Positions 42,242-52,200 of a stretch of 64,000 bases of DNA are shown piece by piece. Positions within the stretch are counted from its first letter, which is position 1; every line of letters starts with the position of its first letter. Source of the DNA: a virus; the IMG/VR virus record IMGVR_UViG_3300030108_004965, positions 64,001 to 128,000 of that record, one strand, 5' to 3'. The translations under genes and the position numbers were made by a program. The notes under the pieces were generated by a model. It did no database searches. It was given only the letters and a program-made list of their open reading frames with translations, and had not been told where the DNA came from.

Positions 42242-42270
42242 AATATAACCTTATATTGATTGTTTGTCAA
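42242..42270 (-). promoter_or_regulatory. sigma70-type promoter (groEL)
   Basis: TTGACA-N17-TATATT. Confidence 0.75.
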
Positions 42271-42271
42271 G

Positions 42272-43834
42272 TTATTTTAATAACTTTTCTTCAATAATTG
42301 ATTCGATCAATTGATCAAGGGATAAATTGGATTCTTTGATTGTTTGACCGTAGTTTGTTGCTAGTAATTTCAGGTCTTTTGAGTATTTTTCTGATTTGCG
42401 CAGCGCGTCTTCACCTTTGGTAATTGTTGGTTCGGTCGAATAATCTTGTGTTGCGGTTTTCAACTGTCTTAAATCATCTAATAATGTTTTAAATTTTTTA
42501 AAAGTGTCCTCAACAACTGTATCAATTCCTTTGGCTGCTTCGCTAGCAAATTCGGTTAGGGTCTTTTTATTTGTTTGTGGCATAATAAAAGTTCCAATTT
42601 TATTCCAATCACCAGTTCTTTTACTAATAATTAATTGGCCATCGCCATCTATCAAGTCTTTGTTTTTTGTAAGATCATATTTGTTACCCTCAATAGAAAC
42701 TTCTGTCGGGCCTGTTTTTTCAACTATGACTCTATAGATGTCTAGGTTATATAATGCTTCAATGTCAGAAGTTTTTGTGCCCTGTTTATCGGTCTTGTAT
42801 GCTATTACATATTCAACAGGAAAGCCTTCTGTGAAGTTTTTCCACGATTGCGAAATTTTACTGCCATCCTGATAATATTTTGCACTACCTTTGGTTCCGT
42901 CCGCTTTTAAGAAGTCAGCCTCACCCATTCCACCAGCGATACCAGTTATTTTTCCTCCCGCTTGTCCTCCGGAAATATAAGCCAAAAAAGTTTCAAAATA
43001 ATATGCACCAGCACCGTGATCAATATTTTTTGCAAAATTGTTAAACATGTCTAAAATACCAATGTTTACAATAAAATTTTGCGATAACTTCATTAAATCC
43101 GTCTTGCTTCCAGCCGTATACCTGCCTTTCAAAGCATTTTTGACCTGCTTGGCGCCTTTAGAATTTGCAATTAAAAGTGAAAAATCAGTCAGTGTCTTAA
43201 GTCGAGTCGACAAATCAGTTCCAGTTGAGTTCATCGCAAAAAATCTATCGAAATAATTTTTTTGCTCCGCTGTCATTTCCGCTCGATCTCCAAGACCAGT
43301 CTGTATGTTCGGTGATGTTATCGATGGATCATCAACAACTTTTTGCGTGATTGCTTTTGGAGCCATTAACTTTTGGAAATCACTTAAAATCTTTTTATAA
43401 TCATTAGGAAAATAATTAGCAAAATTAGGAACCCTCTTTAATAAACCCCAGTTTTTAAGTTGAAAAAATTCCTTTTTAAATTTTTTTTTGTTGGTGCTTG
43501 AGATCTCACCCCAGACTGTTGGACCTAAGAAAATCTGCATCAACGCTACGTTATTTTTACTACTTGGTGACAACATTTTTTGCCCTTTCTTCACCTTTTT
43601 TTGCCTAATCAATTCCGAGTCGTCTTTAATGTCAGAATATGTGAAACTTTTAGTATCTGAATAGTCAAATACATCCGAATTCGACTGTTTTCTAAAGATG
43701 TCTTTTGTTTTCTTCGTGATGTATACACTATCAGAACCCAGTGCTTTCCTTAAGTCATCGACCTTTGTTCCTATTGGGATGTTTAATACTTCACTCAACA
43801 TCTGCTCGATCAACTTGTCCAATTCTTTGCTCAT
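42272..43834 (-). CDS. hypothetical protein (520 aa)
   Basis: LDKLIEQMLSE / LDQLIESIIEE motifs at both ends. Confidence 0.7.
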   Translation of the reverse strand: MSKELDKLIEQMLSEVLNIPIGTKVDDLRKALGSDSVYITKKTKDIFRKQSNSDVFDYSDTKSFTYSDIKDDSELIRQKKVKKGQKMLSPSSKNNVALMQIFLGPTVWGEISSTNKKKFKKEFFQLKNWGLLKRVPNFANYFPNDYKKILSDFQKLMAPKAITQKVVDDPSITSPNIQTGLGDRAEMTAEQKNYFDRFFAMNSTGTDLSTRLKTLTDFSLLIANSKGAKQVKNALKGRYTAGSKTDLMKLSQNFIVNIGILDMFNNFAKNIDHGAGAYYFETFLAYISGGQAGGKITGIAGGMGEADFLKADGTKGSAKYYQDGSKISQSWKNFTEGFPVEYVIAYKTDKQGTKTSDIEALYNLDIYRVIVEKTGPTEVSIEGNKYDLTKNKDLIDGDGQLIISKRTGDWNKIGTFIMPQTNKKTLTEFASEAAKGIDTVVEDTFKKFKTLLDDLRQLKTATQDYSTEPTITKGEDALRKSEKYSKDLKLLATNYGQTIKESNLSLDQLIESIIEEKLLK

Positions 43835-44724
43835 TATAATTCCTCTAGTAATTTTTTAATGTCTAAACCAGCGCAATCAATCTTTCGCTTGGTCAAATGA
43901 TAATGGCTTATAAAGCCTTCAAAGCGCCCTTCAGAGGCTTTCTTGCTCACCTTGGTGTTCGTATTGCCTGCACGATCTAAAGGTGCCTGAAGGGGTATCC
44001 CCGTGCATTTATGAACGGCTTTCATGAGCGCCTTTAGGGCTTCGATTTGCACAGGATAGAAGCCGAGATGTTCTGGTAGTTTCTTGCCATGAACGTGTGC
44101 ATCTGTGATGATTGGGCGTGGACCGAAGTCTCGCTTCTCATACCAAGATTGATACTTTGTGTAATAGGCATTGCTTATCTCAACACCAACGGATCGGTCG
44201 TTCCAAACTTTACCTCCGGCATGCCAAGCAATGTCGTTCATATCCATAAACTGATAGATTGTACCATCGTTGTCGATTGAAAAGTGGACAGAGATTCCAC
44301 GCTTGGTGAGAACTCTATAGCAGGATTCTGCTGATAGACATACATCCCAATGACACACAAAGAACTTTGGATCTCTTTTGTACTTAGACTTTTTCCATCC
44401 GCTTCTTAATTTTAGACCTCCGCCTTCAAAAAACAACTTGACCTTTGGCCAGTCGATTGGAAAATACTCCGAGTTGTATATAATAAATGATTCCGTATTG
44501 TCCTTATGTCCCATAGGGGCATGCTCGTCCCAGTTGGCAATTCGTTGTGTATAGATTCTACGATATGTTGCAGGTCCGCAAAGACCGTCTGCTGTTATTT
44601 TATGTTCTTTTTGAAACTTTTCAATGGCAGCGACAAGTTTTTCACCATGCTTGTTGCAACCAAACCATTCCGGAGTCCATCCTAGTTTTGCGGCAGAGCC
44701 TTCATTATAAAAAATCTTATCCAT
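43834..44724 (-). CDS. endolysin: PG-binding domain + N-acetylmuramoyl-L-alanine amidase (Amidase_2)
   Basis: FQKEHKITADGLCGPAT; VCHWD, SVHF, IAWHAG, SVGVEI, SHY..KIDC. Confidence 0.85.
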   Translation of the reverse strand: MDKIFYNEGSAAKLGWTPEWFGCNKHGEKLVAAIEKFQKEHKITADGLCGPATYRRIYTQRIANWDEHAPMGHKDNTESFIIYNSEYFPIDWPKVKLFFEGGGLKLRSGWKKSKYKRDPKFFVCHWDVCLSAESCYRVLTKRGISVHFSIDNDGTIYQFMDMNDIAWHAGGKVWNDRSVGVEISNAYYTKYQSWYEKRDFGPRPIITDAHVHGKKLPEHLGFYPVQIEALKALMKAVHKCTGIPLQAPLDRAGNTNTKVSKKASEGRFEGFISHYHLTKRKIDCAGLDIKKLLEEL

Positions 44725-45360
44725 CTATAGCACCTCGTCTGCCATGCCTCTTTCAATAGCCTCATCCGCTGATAAATAAACGTTTGAGTTCTTATTAATT
44801 AGTGTTTGAATCTGTCTTTTTGTCATCGAAGACTCCTCAGACAAACACTGCAAGTATATGTCTTGAAGATGATGCATGTTTTCCACCTCATTTTTCATAT
44901 GCTTAAGGTCTCCCATGTAACCAGCATTGACTGAGTGCAACATGATTTGGCAGTGTTTTCCGAGTTTTCTTTTGCCTTTGGTACCGGCTGCTAAAATTAG
45001 AGTTCCGGCGGACATTACCTTGCCAATGCCAATTGTTTCAATGTCACAAAACTGTTTGCACCAGTTCATAACATCATATACCCCAAACATTTCATGAGCC
45101 GATCCGCCAAAGGTTGAAACATAAATTTTTATATCCTCGGCTCTCTCTGCTTCTGGTTCTTTCTCTTGAGCAAGCACCAAAAGTGCTGAAATTAAGTCTG
45201 CTGTTTTCTCTTCGTTGACCTCTCCAACAAACATAATGCTTCTCTGTTCTGGGCCTTTGCTTAGAGACCCTAGGAGATCTACAACCGTTTGTGTTTCTTG
45301 TTCTCCGACCTCTTCAATTGATGACTCAGATTTTTTTGTTTTCTTTTTTCCAAAATACAT
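44725..45360 (-). CDS. clpP: ClpP-like protease subunit
   Basis: STFGG, MSAG (catalytic Ser), MLHS, YLSADEAIERGMADEV. Confidence 0.9.
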   Translation of the reverse strand: MYFGKKKTKKSESSIEEVGEQETQTVVDLLGSLSKGPEQRSIMFVGEVNEEKTADLISALLVLAQEKEPEAERAEDIKIYVSTFGGSAHEMFGVYDVMNWCKQFCDIETIGIGKVMSAGTLILAAGTKGKRKLGKHCQIMLHSVNAGYMGDLKHMKNEVENMHHLQDIYLQCLSEESSMTKRQIQTLINKNSNVYLSADEAIERGMADEVL

Positions 45361-45374
45361 TTTATCTCCATAAT

Positions 45375-45399
45375 AAAAAAGAGGGGACGAAACCCCTCT
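45375..45399 (-). terminator. rho-independent terminator
   Basis: AGAGGGG-UUUCGU-CCCCUCU followed by U-tract. Confidence 0.75.
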
Positions 45400-45434
45400 A
45401 ATTAGATTTGTATAACAAGAATTAATCCTGTTTT

Positions 45435-46016
45435 TTATTTTCGTTGGCTACGAGTATGGCGCTTGTTTCCAAGAGCCTTGTTCATCTTGGCCTCAGCCTT
45501 TTTTGCTTCCAAAAGTCTTTTAGCTACGCGCTTTGCAACTTCTTGCACAATTTCTTTTCTACCGGGACGGTAGTTAATACCTTTGAGAGCCTCAGCAATC
45601 ATTTCTTCTTCCATTGGATCATCGTCCATTGGATCATCACCCATTGGTGCATCGTCCATTGGCTCTTCTTCTGCTCCGGCTGCGGAAGTAATTTGAGATA
45701 GAATGCTTACGGCTTGTTCTAGAACGTCTACATCTTCTCGAGAAAGATCAACATCAGCGGCGCCATCAGCATCCATTTCAATTGCTTCTTCGTCTTCTGC
45801 TGGTAGGTCTCCGCCTTCCATCTCAGCACCCATAGCAACTTCTTCTTCGGCTTCTTCTTGCATTACCTCTTCGTCGTCACGCTTATGGTCCATGCCATAG
45901 CCTTCTTCAACAGTTTCTTCTTCTTCATTTTTGGCATACATTTCATTGATTGGTGAAAGGTTTGCCAATTTTGCAAATCGGCGTACTTGCGCCTCGCTCA
46001 ATATTTTTTTAGCCAT
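45435..46016 (-). CDS. acidic hypothetical protein, possible scaffold/internal head protein
   Basis: LSEAQVRRFAKLANL; D/E-rich; IVQEVAKRVAKRLLE. Confidence 0.65.
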   Translation of the reverse strand: MAKKILSEAQVRRFAKLANLSPINEMYAKNEEEETVEEGYGMDHKRDDEEVMQEEAEEEVAMGAEMEGGDLPAEDEEAIEMDADGAADVDLSREDVDVLEQAVSILSQITSAAGAEEEPMDDAPMGDDPMDDDPMEEEMIAEALKGINYRPGRKEIVQEVAKRVAKRLLEAKKAEAKMNKALGNKRHTRSQRK

Positions 46017-46083
46017 AGTATTTCTCCTTAAAGCCTTTTTTCATTATAAATAGGATTAAAAATAATAAAAGAACACAATGAAA

Positions 46084-46431
46084 TCAAATTTCTGGGTGCT
46101 CTTTTGCTATAATATCAAAAATGTCATCTATCTCATCTTCAACAAAGCCAAAATCTTTTAATAATTCCTCAGACTTTTCTTGATCTTTTTTGATTTTTTC
46201 GCGTTGGATCTTTGACTGCTTTCCTTCAGCTTCCTTGTAATGATTGATAAACATTTCCATAACAGGATCCTTTTCAACAACCGCCTGCACACAGGCTCTG
46301 AGAAATTCTGATTGTGTCATGCTGTGATATTGCATACGTATTTTAAAATCTGCATGCAGAGTGTCTTTTGCATAAAATGTGAATTTCTTAGTGTCCTTGG
46401 CGTACTTATTTGGCATCTTTATCTTTGACAT
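46084..46431 (-). CDS. hypothetical protein, possible RHH-like DNA binder
   Basis: FKIRMQYHSMTQSEFLRACV. Confidence 0.6.
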   Translation of the reverse strand: MSKIKMPNKYAKDTKKFTFYAKDTLHADFKIRMQYHSMTQSEFLRACVQAVVEKDPVMEMFINHYKEAEGKQSKIQREKIKKDQEKSEELLKDFGFVEDEIDDIFDIIAKEHPEI

Positions 46432-46681
46432 CCTGTATGATTTTTTGTGCTGTATTCCAACAATCTGGACAATACAGTCTTACTATCTTTTCTTCCTCTT
46501 TAACAACTACATTCCAAGTTTTAACCATCTGTTTATCTTTGTTATCGTAGGGAGCAAGACAAGCAGAACATTGATCCGGTAGAAGATCAAACAAGCCTAC
46601 TATTTTATCTATTTCTTTGTTAGGTTTGTGACCTTTTTTTTTCTTAGATTTTTGCGCTGCTCGTCTTTGTGCCCTATTCAT
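46406..46681 (-). CDS. hypothetical protein with CxxC pairs
   Basis: CSAC...YCPDC. Confidence 0.65.
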   Translation of the reverse strand: MNRAQRRAAQKSKKKKGHKPNKEIDKIVGLFDLLPDQCSACLAPYDNKDKQMVKTWNVVVKEEEKIVRLYCPDCWNTAQKIIQDVKDKDAK

Positions 46682-46983
46682 TATTTCTCCTTTCTTAAGT
46701 TATCATAAATGTCGATCAGTGCATCAATGTCAACATCATTTTTAAGCAGACGATAAGCCCGAACAGTTAGGCTGATGTCTTCTTTTGTTAACCAACCGCT
46801 GTCAATGTAGTCAGCCTTCAGTTCACGCTTTTGTTCTTTGAATGGCTCCATCGCATCTTCTAGTGCCTTCATTGACTTGATGTAGTCAGCCATGTGCTGC
46901 TCTTTTGTTTTAAAGCAAGCCTCTTCGTAGTCCTCAACAATTTCAGTTGGGTTATTAGTATATACTTCAAATTTAGTCATCAT
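46681..46983 (-). CDS. GapR/T4 DsbA-like dsDNA-binding protein
   Basis: YIKSMKALED...KEQKRELKADY...VRAYRL..DVDIDALIDIY. Confidence 0.55.
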   Translation of the reverse strand: MMTKFEVYTNNPTEIVEDYEEACFKTKEQHMADYIKSMKALEDAMEPFKEQKRELKADYIDSGWLTKEDISLTVRAYRLLKNDVDIDALIDIYDNLRKEK

Positions 46984-47200
46984 CTTGTTCCTCCACTATT
47001 TCTTCAATTTGATTATGATTATATTGTACTCCCAGATAATCCATTAATGAACCGGGATCTTGAAACTCTACTGTTTCCAAAATATCTTCTTCTATAAAGA
47101 TTTCCATGTTACCAACTTCATTTCTGCTGATTCCATAAATTTGTGATGGATTTATCCACCAGTCTTCTCCATCTACTGTTTTAATTAATACAAAAGTCAT
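46973..47200 (-). CDS. FlbD/SwrD-like small protein
   Basis: FVLIKTVDGEDWWINPSQIYGI. Confidence 0.5.
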   Translation of the reverse strand: MTFVLIKTVDGEDWWINPSQIYGISRNEVGNMEIFIEEDILETVEFQDPGSLMDYLGVQYNHNQIEEIVEEQDDD

Positions 47201-47201
47201 G

Positions 47202-47411
47202 TTAACCTCCTATTAATGAATGACTTGATGCTCTTTGTATGTAATCAAGAGCATGATCAATTGTTGTAAATTGTGTTCTAATGGTCGGGCCACCAGATAA
47301 AGAGATTATTACATCTTTGCTTCCACTGGAGCAGTACCATATTTGTGCTATTTGATTAGGGTTCACTAAAACTACCTCGCCACTGTTAGCAGTTATTTGT
47401 ATCATTCTCAT
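47202..47411 (-). CDS. FlbD/SwrD-like small protein
   Basis: MIQITANSGEVVLVNPNQIAQI...ISLSGG. Confidence 0.55.
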   Translation of the reverse strand: MRMIQITANSGEVVLVNPNQIAQIWYCSSGSKDVIISLSGGPTIRTQFTTIDHALDYIQRASSHSLIGG

Positions 47412-47520
47412 TATATCCTCCTATTTTTGATTTAATGTATAATCCCACAAAAGGGATTGATGATGCCGCAGCAAAAAGAATGTTCCATTCGCCATGACAG
47501 TTTAAAAAATGTTGCATCAT
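47386..47520 (-). CDS. small hypothetical protein (44 aa)
   Basis: Manual ORF MMQHFLNCHGEWNILFAAASSIPFVGL, GGAGG RBS. Confidence 0.45.
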   Translation of the reverse strand: MMQHFLNCHGEWNILFAAASSIPFVGLYIKSKIGGYNENDTNNC

Positions 47521-48527
47521 ACCTCCAACTTAAAATTTTTTAACCCAAACCACTTATTTAACTCATAATTTATCTCTTGAATCGACAAGGCTTGCACATA
47601 AGCAACGTTATTATAGTATTTTGAAAAATCTATCTTTCTTAGCGCATCCTTGACATCTTCTCTATCGATTTTTAAATACATTGTTGTGGTTTTAGCCTCG
47701 ACAGAGGGTTCTGTAATCTCGCGGCATTTGCCACAAGAGTGTCCAAAAACAATTATTTCAAAATTAGCACCTTTAACAAAATCTGGTCTGTTGACTTTCA
47801 CCTTTTCATAACAGTCTGTTTCAAATGGTACATATTTACCATCTATGAACTCAAACAGTTCTTTCTTAATTTTCTTATGTGATATAACCTTTTTCTGCTT
47901 TGGTGTAATTTTTTTAATAAGTTTGTGGTCCGGTATCTTAATCGTCTTACGTTTCTTTTTCTTTCGCTGCCAGATTTGAAATACAGTATTTAATACATCC
48001 GCTTCTTTGCTTGTTCCATCTGGAAGATAAAAACAATTTTTGGGCATTTCTATATCAGAAATCAAATGATAGTGGCGGTCTAATGAATTGTGCACTGTCC
48101 ATTTTCTCCAAGACTTTGGCACAAGATAACAAATATACTCACAGTGAGTTGTAGCATGTTCAAAAAACTGTTTTGCCAAAGAACTCGCCCTCCCAAAGGG
48201 AGGGTTCGTTATGGAGATAAGATCATTATGATCAGAAAAATTAGTTTTAAGATAGTTACCTTTTTTTACCAAAGGGTGTTTGGGCTCAATGTCATATGAG
48301 ATTATGTTACTGGTTGGTACACCAATCCGTTGGAAGCCTTTTATGAACTCACCAGTGCCTCCACAGGGCTCCAATAAAGTCTTGCCTTTTAAATCAATGT
48401 GCTTTTGTACTTCTGCTAGGCAAAGATCAACTACGTCTACATTTGTATAGTATTGTTCTTTCCCTGTCGTTCTAGTGTTCGCATAAGATTGTTTATTTTT
48501 GTGTCCTGCCTTAACATTGTTGCTCAT
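47517..48527 (-). CDS. N6-adenine DNA methyltransferase (gamma-type motif order)
   Basis: LLEPCGGTG (motif I), TNPPFG (motif IV). Confidence 0.85.
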   Translation of the reverse strand: MSNNVKAGHKNKQSYANTRTTGKEQYYTNVDVVDLCLAEVQKHIDLKGKTLLEPCGGTGEFIKGFQRIGVPTSNIISYDIEPKHPLVKKGNYLKTNFSDHNDLISITNPPFGRASSLAKQFFEHATTHCEYICYLVPKSWRKWTVHNSLDRHYHLISDIEMPKNCFYLPDGTSKEADVLNTVFQIWQRKKKKRKTIKIPDHKLIKKITPKQKKVISHKKIKKELFEFIDGKYVPFETDCYEKVKVNRPDFVKGANFEIIVFGHSCGKCREITEPSVEAKTTTMYLKIDREDVKDALRKIDFSKYYNNVAYVQALSIQEINYELNKWFGLKNFKLEV

Positions 48528-49185
48528 TTATAGCCTCCAATTTCTTACATAAGTTTGATGTATCCACTTCCAGATACGGCCAGTTTATTTTTTTCTTTTG
48601 TTCTTTTCCGTTGCCATCTGTCCACTTGTGATCATAACTCTTGGTGTGCGGACCACATTCAGAAATTAGATTGTCTGTTAAAACAGAAGTCTCTACGAAG
48701 ATTATACGAATGTCTTCTAGGTTTGCTATGGATTTCATACCACAAGTTTCAGTTAACATATAATAATCATCGTGATAAGAGGATTCAAAAACAATCTTCT
48801 TCATTGCCTCGAGGGTTTGATCACTTTGCTTAAGGGCTGTTATGCCTCCATTACTAGCAAAAAACTTAGAAGCGCCTGTTCTAATTGGCTTTAGATTATT
48901 GAACTCACTGGTGGTGAAACCTTTTAGTTCGAGCGTCTTTTTGCCCCAATAAAGATCAGGCTCAGAGTTACCTTGTCCTCCAACTGTTATTTGTCCACTA
49001 GAAAGGATGGCTATAATTTTTTGAAACCAATAGTGGTTCACTCTTCCGTTAGTTATAATAGTATCAACATACTTTTGCATTATCTGCAAGCCACGAACAA
49101 ACTCGTTGTATTGTTGTATTGCTTCCTTTGAAGCATGCTTCTTTAGTTGTCCGATTGTAAAGATTTTGTTAACAAAGTTTTTCAT
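48511..49185 (-). CDS. putative PD-(D/E)xK restriction endonuclease
   Basis: PDLYWGKKTLELKG; overlaps the MTase gene. Confidence 0.5.
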   Translation of the reverse strand: MKNFVNKIFTIGQLKKHASKEAIQQYNEFVRGLQIMQKYVDTIITNGRVNHYWFQKIIAILSSGQITVGGQGNSEPDLYWGKKTLELKGFTTSEFNNLKPIRTGASKFFASNGGITALKQSDQTLEAMKKIVFESSYHDDYYMLTETCGMKSIANLEDIRIIFVETSVLTDNLISECGPHTKSYDHKWTDGNGKEQKKKINWPYLEVDTSNLCKKLEAINEQQC

Positions 49186-49217
49186 ATTGTCCTCCTATGA
49201 TTCTTTATTATGTTTAT

Positions 49218-49246
49218 AATATAACTGGTTTTTGATCAGTTGTCAA
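49218..49246 (-). promoter_or_regulatory. sigma70-type promoter
   Basis: TTGACA-N17-TATATT. Confidence 0.75.
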
Positions 49247-49252
49247 GTTTTT

Positions 49253-52200
49253 TTATCCAATCATCATCCATTTTTTGTCAACAGCACCGTAGGTTGAGAA
49301 TCCCCAAGTTTCATTATACTTTGGATATTTCAAAACGTATGGTTTATTAAGAAAAATCAGATCCTTTTGAGGATTAACTCCCCAGCACCTAAGTCTAGTG
49401 ACTTCTGAATTTGAATCAATGACATCAATTGTATAAAACCACTTTCCATTCTTAGATTTTTTAGAACTAAGTTTAATTGGAATACACCAAGCCATCCCCA
49501 AGTCAGGATCAAATTCCGATAGTGGTGGAATCATGTATTGATCTATTATTTTATTGGATCTTTCAGTCATTACCATGTTGATAGGATAAATGCCTGTGAG
49601 AGTTTGTGTGTTCTGGATTATCTCTGCGGTTGAAAAGGAACCCTCTGGTCTGTAAGACTCAATGTTTTCGTTTAGTTTCTTCTTGTTCTTAGGTTTGTCA
49701 ACCACGACGGCAGACCAAAAATGTTTGTCACCAGTAAACCTACTATCAATGAGATCATCCATCGCAGAGGCTCTACAAAGGGCATCCAAGGACTTCTTGT
49801 TGAGTTTCCTTGCTACTACCCCACCATCAAAAAGAAGTTGCTCTACGGACGCAAATGGGCGCTTCTCGATGATTTCATCAATGGCTGCGTCGCCAAGACC
49901 CTTGATCGTTGTCAACGGTGCAATAAGCGTTTCATCATCTTGTGGAGTCCAACGTCTTCCGGAAGTATTGATATTCAATGGCTTGATTGTGTAGCCCCAA
50001 GATTTTGCGATGTTGATTGCCGCTTCTTTGCGAGACTCCGGCTCTTTGTCCAAGAATGCACAAGCCCACTCAGCGTTATAGTATGTAGCCAGCCAAGCAG
50101 TCTGGTAAGAAATCATAGAGTAAGCGACGGCGTGAGACTTATTGAAACCATAGCCAGAGAAGTATTCAAACTTCTGCCACATGTCTTCTGCTGATCTTTT
50201 GCTCATTCCTTTCTCAATACAGCCTTCAACAAACTTATGAAGAATCTCTTCTTTCTTTGCTTGCTTTGAGGCATCAAGACCTTTCTTAGTTAACAGTTTG
50301 CGTAGTAAATTAGCATCATCAAGGCTAATGCCTTTACCAAGGCGGTTCGCAAGAAGAGCGATCTGCTCCTGAAATATAAGGAATCCTCTTGTTTCTCTTG
50401 TAAGTTCTTCGACGATTTCATTTTCATACTTTATTGATAACGGGTCTTTGACGGCTTGTACGTAGGCTTTGTCAACACCAGCAGACAAAGGGCCGGGGCG
50501 ATAAATACTCGTAATAGCAGAGATGTCGATGATTGACTTTGGCTGCGCTCTTTTGGAAAGGTTTTGTGCTCCCTTCTCTGTGAATTGGAATATACCCATC
50601 CACTTTCCCGCTTGGAAAATGTTCTTATAAACTTCTTTATCATTTAAATTAATTACATCCGGATGAAGATTTTCATCATAATACTTTTTAACGTCCTCGA
50701 AGGTCGGGGACTCAACACCATGGTGTCGTTGGAGAATACGCTCAATGCATTCCTCCATCATTCTAAGGGTTGCTAAGCCTAAAATGTCAAACTTAATAAA
50801 GCCCATAGGCTCAAGTTGTCTTACGTTCTGTCCTTCAGACCAAGGAGTCTGTCTCACACCCTTAGAGGCAATAAGGGGCATATACTTGTCTAGGTCTGCA
50901 CCAATCACCACACCACCGGCATGACGAGAAGTAGAGCGTACTTGTCCCATTAAACCTTCGACATGAGACTTGACCTTTGGGTGTTCAATAAAAAACTTTT
51001 GCAGAGTCTCAGAGAACTCACACACTTCTTCAAAGGTCGGAGTATAAACCCCAGCACGAATACCGTGCTTCTTCTTAGCAAGCGGAGTTGCTTCCTTAAG
51101 CATGGTATTTGTGACCTTGTTCACATCTGCAAATGGTATGTCATAGAACTTTGAAATGTCTTTGATTAATGATTTCAATTGTAAAGTATTGAAATTAGAG
51201 ATAGGAACTACAGTGTTAGAGCCCCATTCATCAATAAGTATTTCTTTAAGCACCATAGGATCAGAAACATCGTAATCAATGTCAGGATAATCCGTGGCGT
51301 CCGCTCTGAGGAAACGAGAAAAAAGGAGACCATACTTAATAGGATCCACTTGTGTAATACCCAGTGCATAAGCCACCAGCGATCCTGCTGCTGATCCTCT
51401 TCCGGGTCCTGCGAGTTGTACTTCATTTGTTTTATCCGTAATTGACTTCATAGTCAAGAAATATTTTGAGAATCCTCTGTCTGATATAACTTCCAATTCA
51501 TGCTTTAGTCTATCGGCGTACTCCACCCAAGTGGCTGACCCTCGTTTAACAGAACGCGATGCCAGAATTTTAAATAAGCCCTCGAAGGATAGTTGAGCCA
51601 AGTATTCTGCAGGGTGATGGCCAGCAGGTACGACAAAATCAGGCAAGCGTACAGTGTTATCAGGGAGAAAATCATCAATCCTTTCAAAAGCAATACGGAC
51701 CGTTTCCAGCATCGATTGGCGAACGATTTCGTCATCGTAAGGAACATCGGTATGTATGATGTTTGTATATCGTTTATAATCGGCCCACATCTGTTCGCCG
51801 TTCTTTGGATAAAGCTCATAACCAATCTCGTCCACGTTATCAGGTAGTTCATCAGACATCCATTCCGGTTTACCCTTGCCGAGCCAACCTATTTTCTTAT
51901 ATAGTTCTCGATCGTTCCAAGCATCAGGCGTTGGATAATGAGAGTCACATGTTGATATCAAAGGAATGCCAAACTCTTTGTGCATCTGAATGACATAGCG
52001 ATTCAGTTCGTGTTGTTCCGGAATGGCATTCCATTGCAGTTCTCCATACCATCTATCACCAAAGATGTCTAGCATCTTTACTGTCATGTCTCGCATGGCT
52101 TGCTTGACAGCCCTAGGGCCTTCTTCACGATGCTCCCAGTAACAACCGGCATAGATACCACCAAGACAAGCAGAAGCGGCAATGATACCCTCATTGTGCT

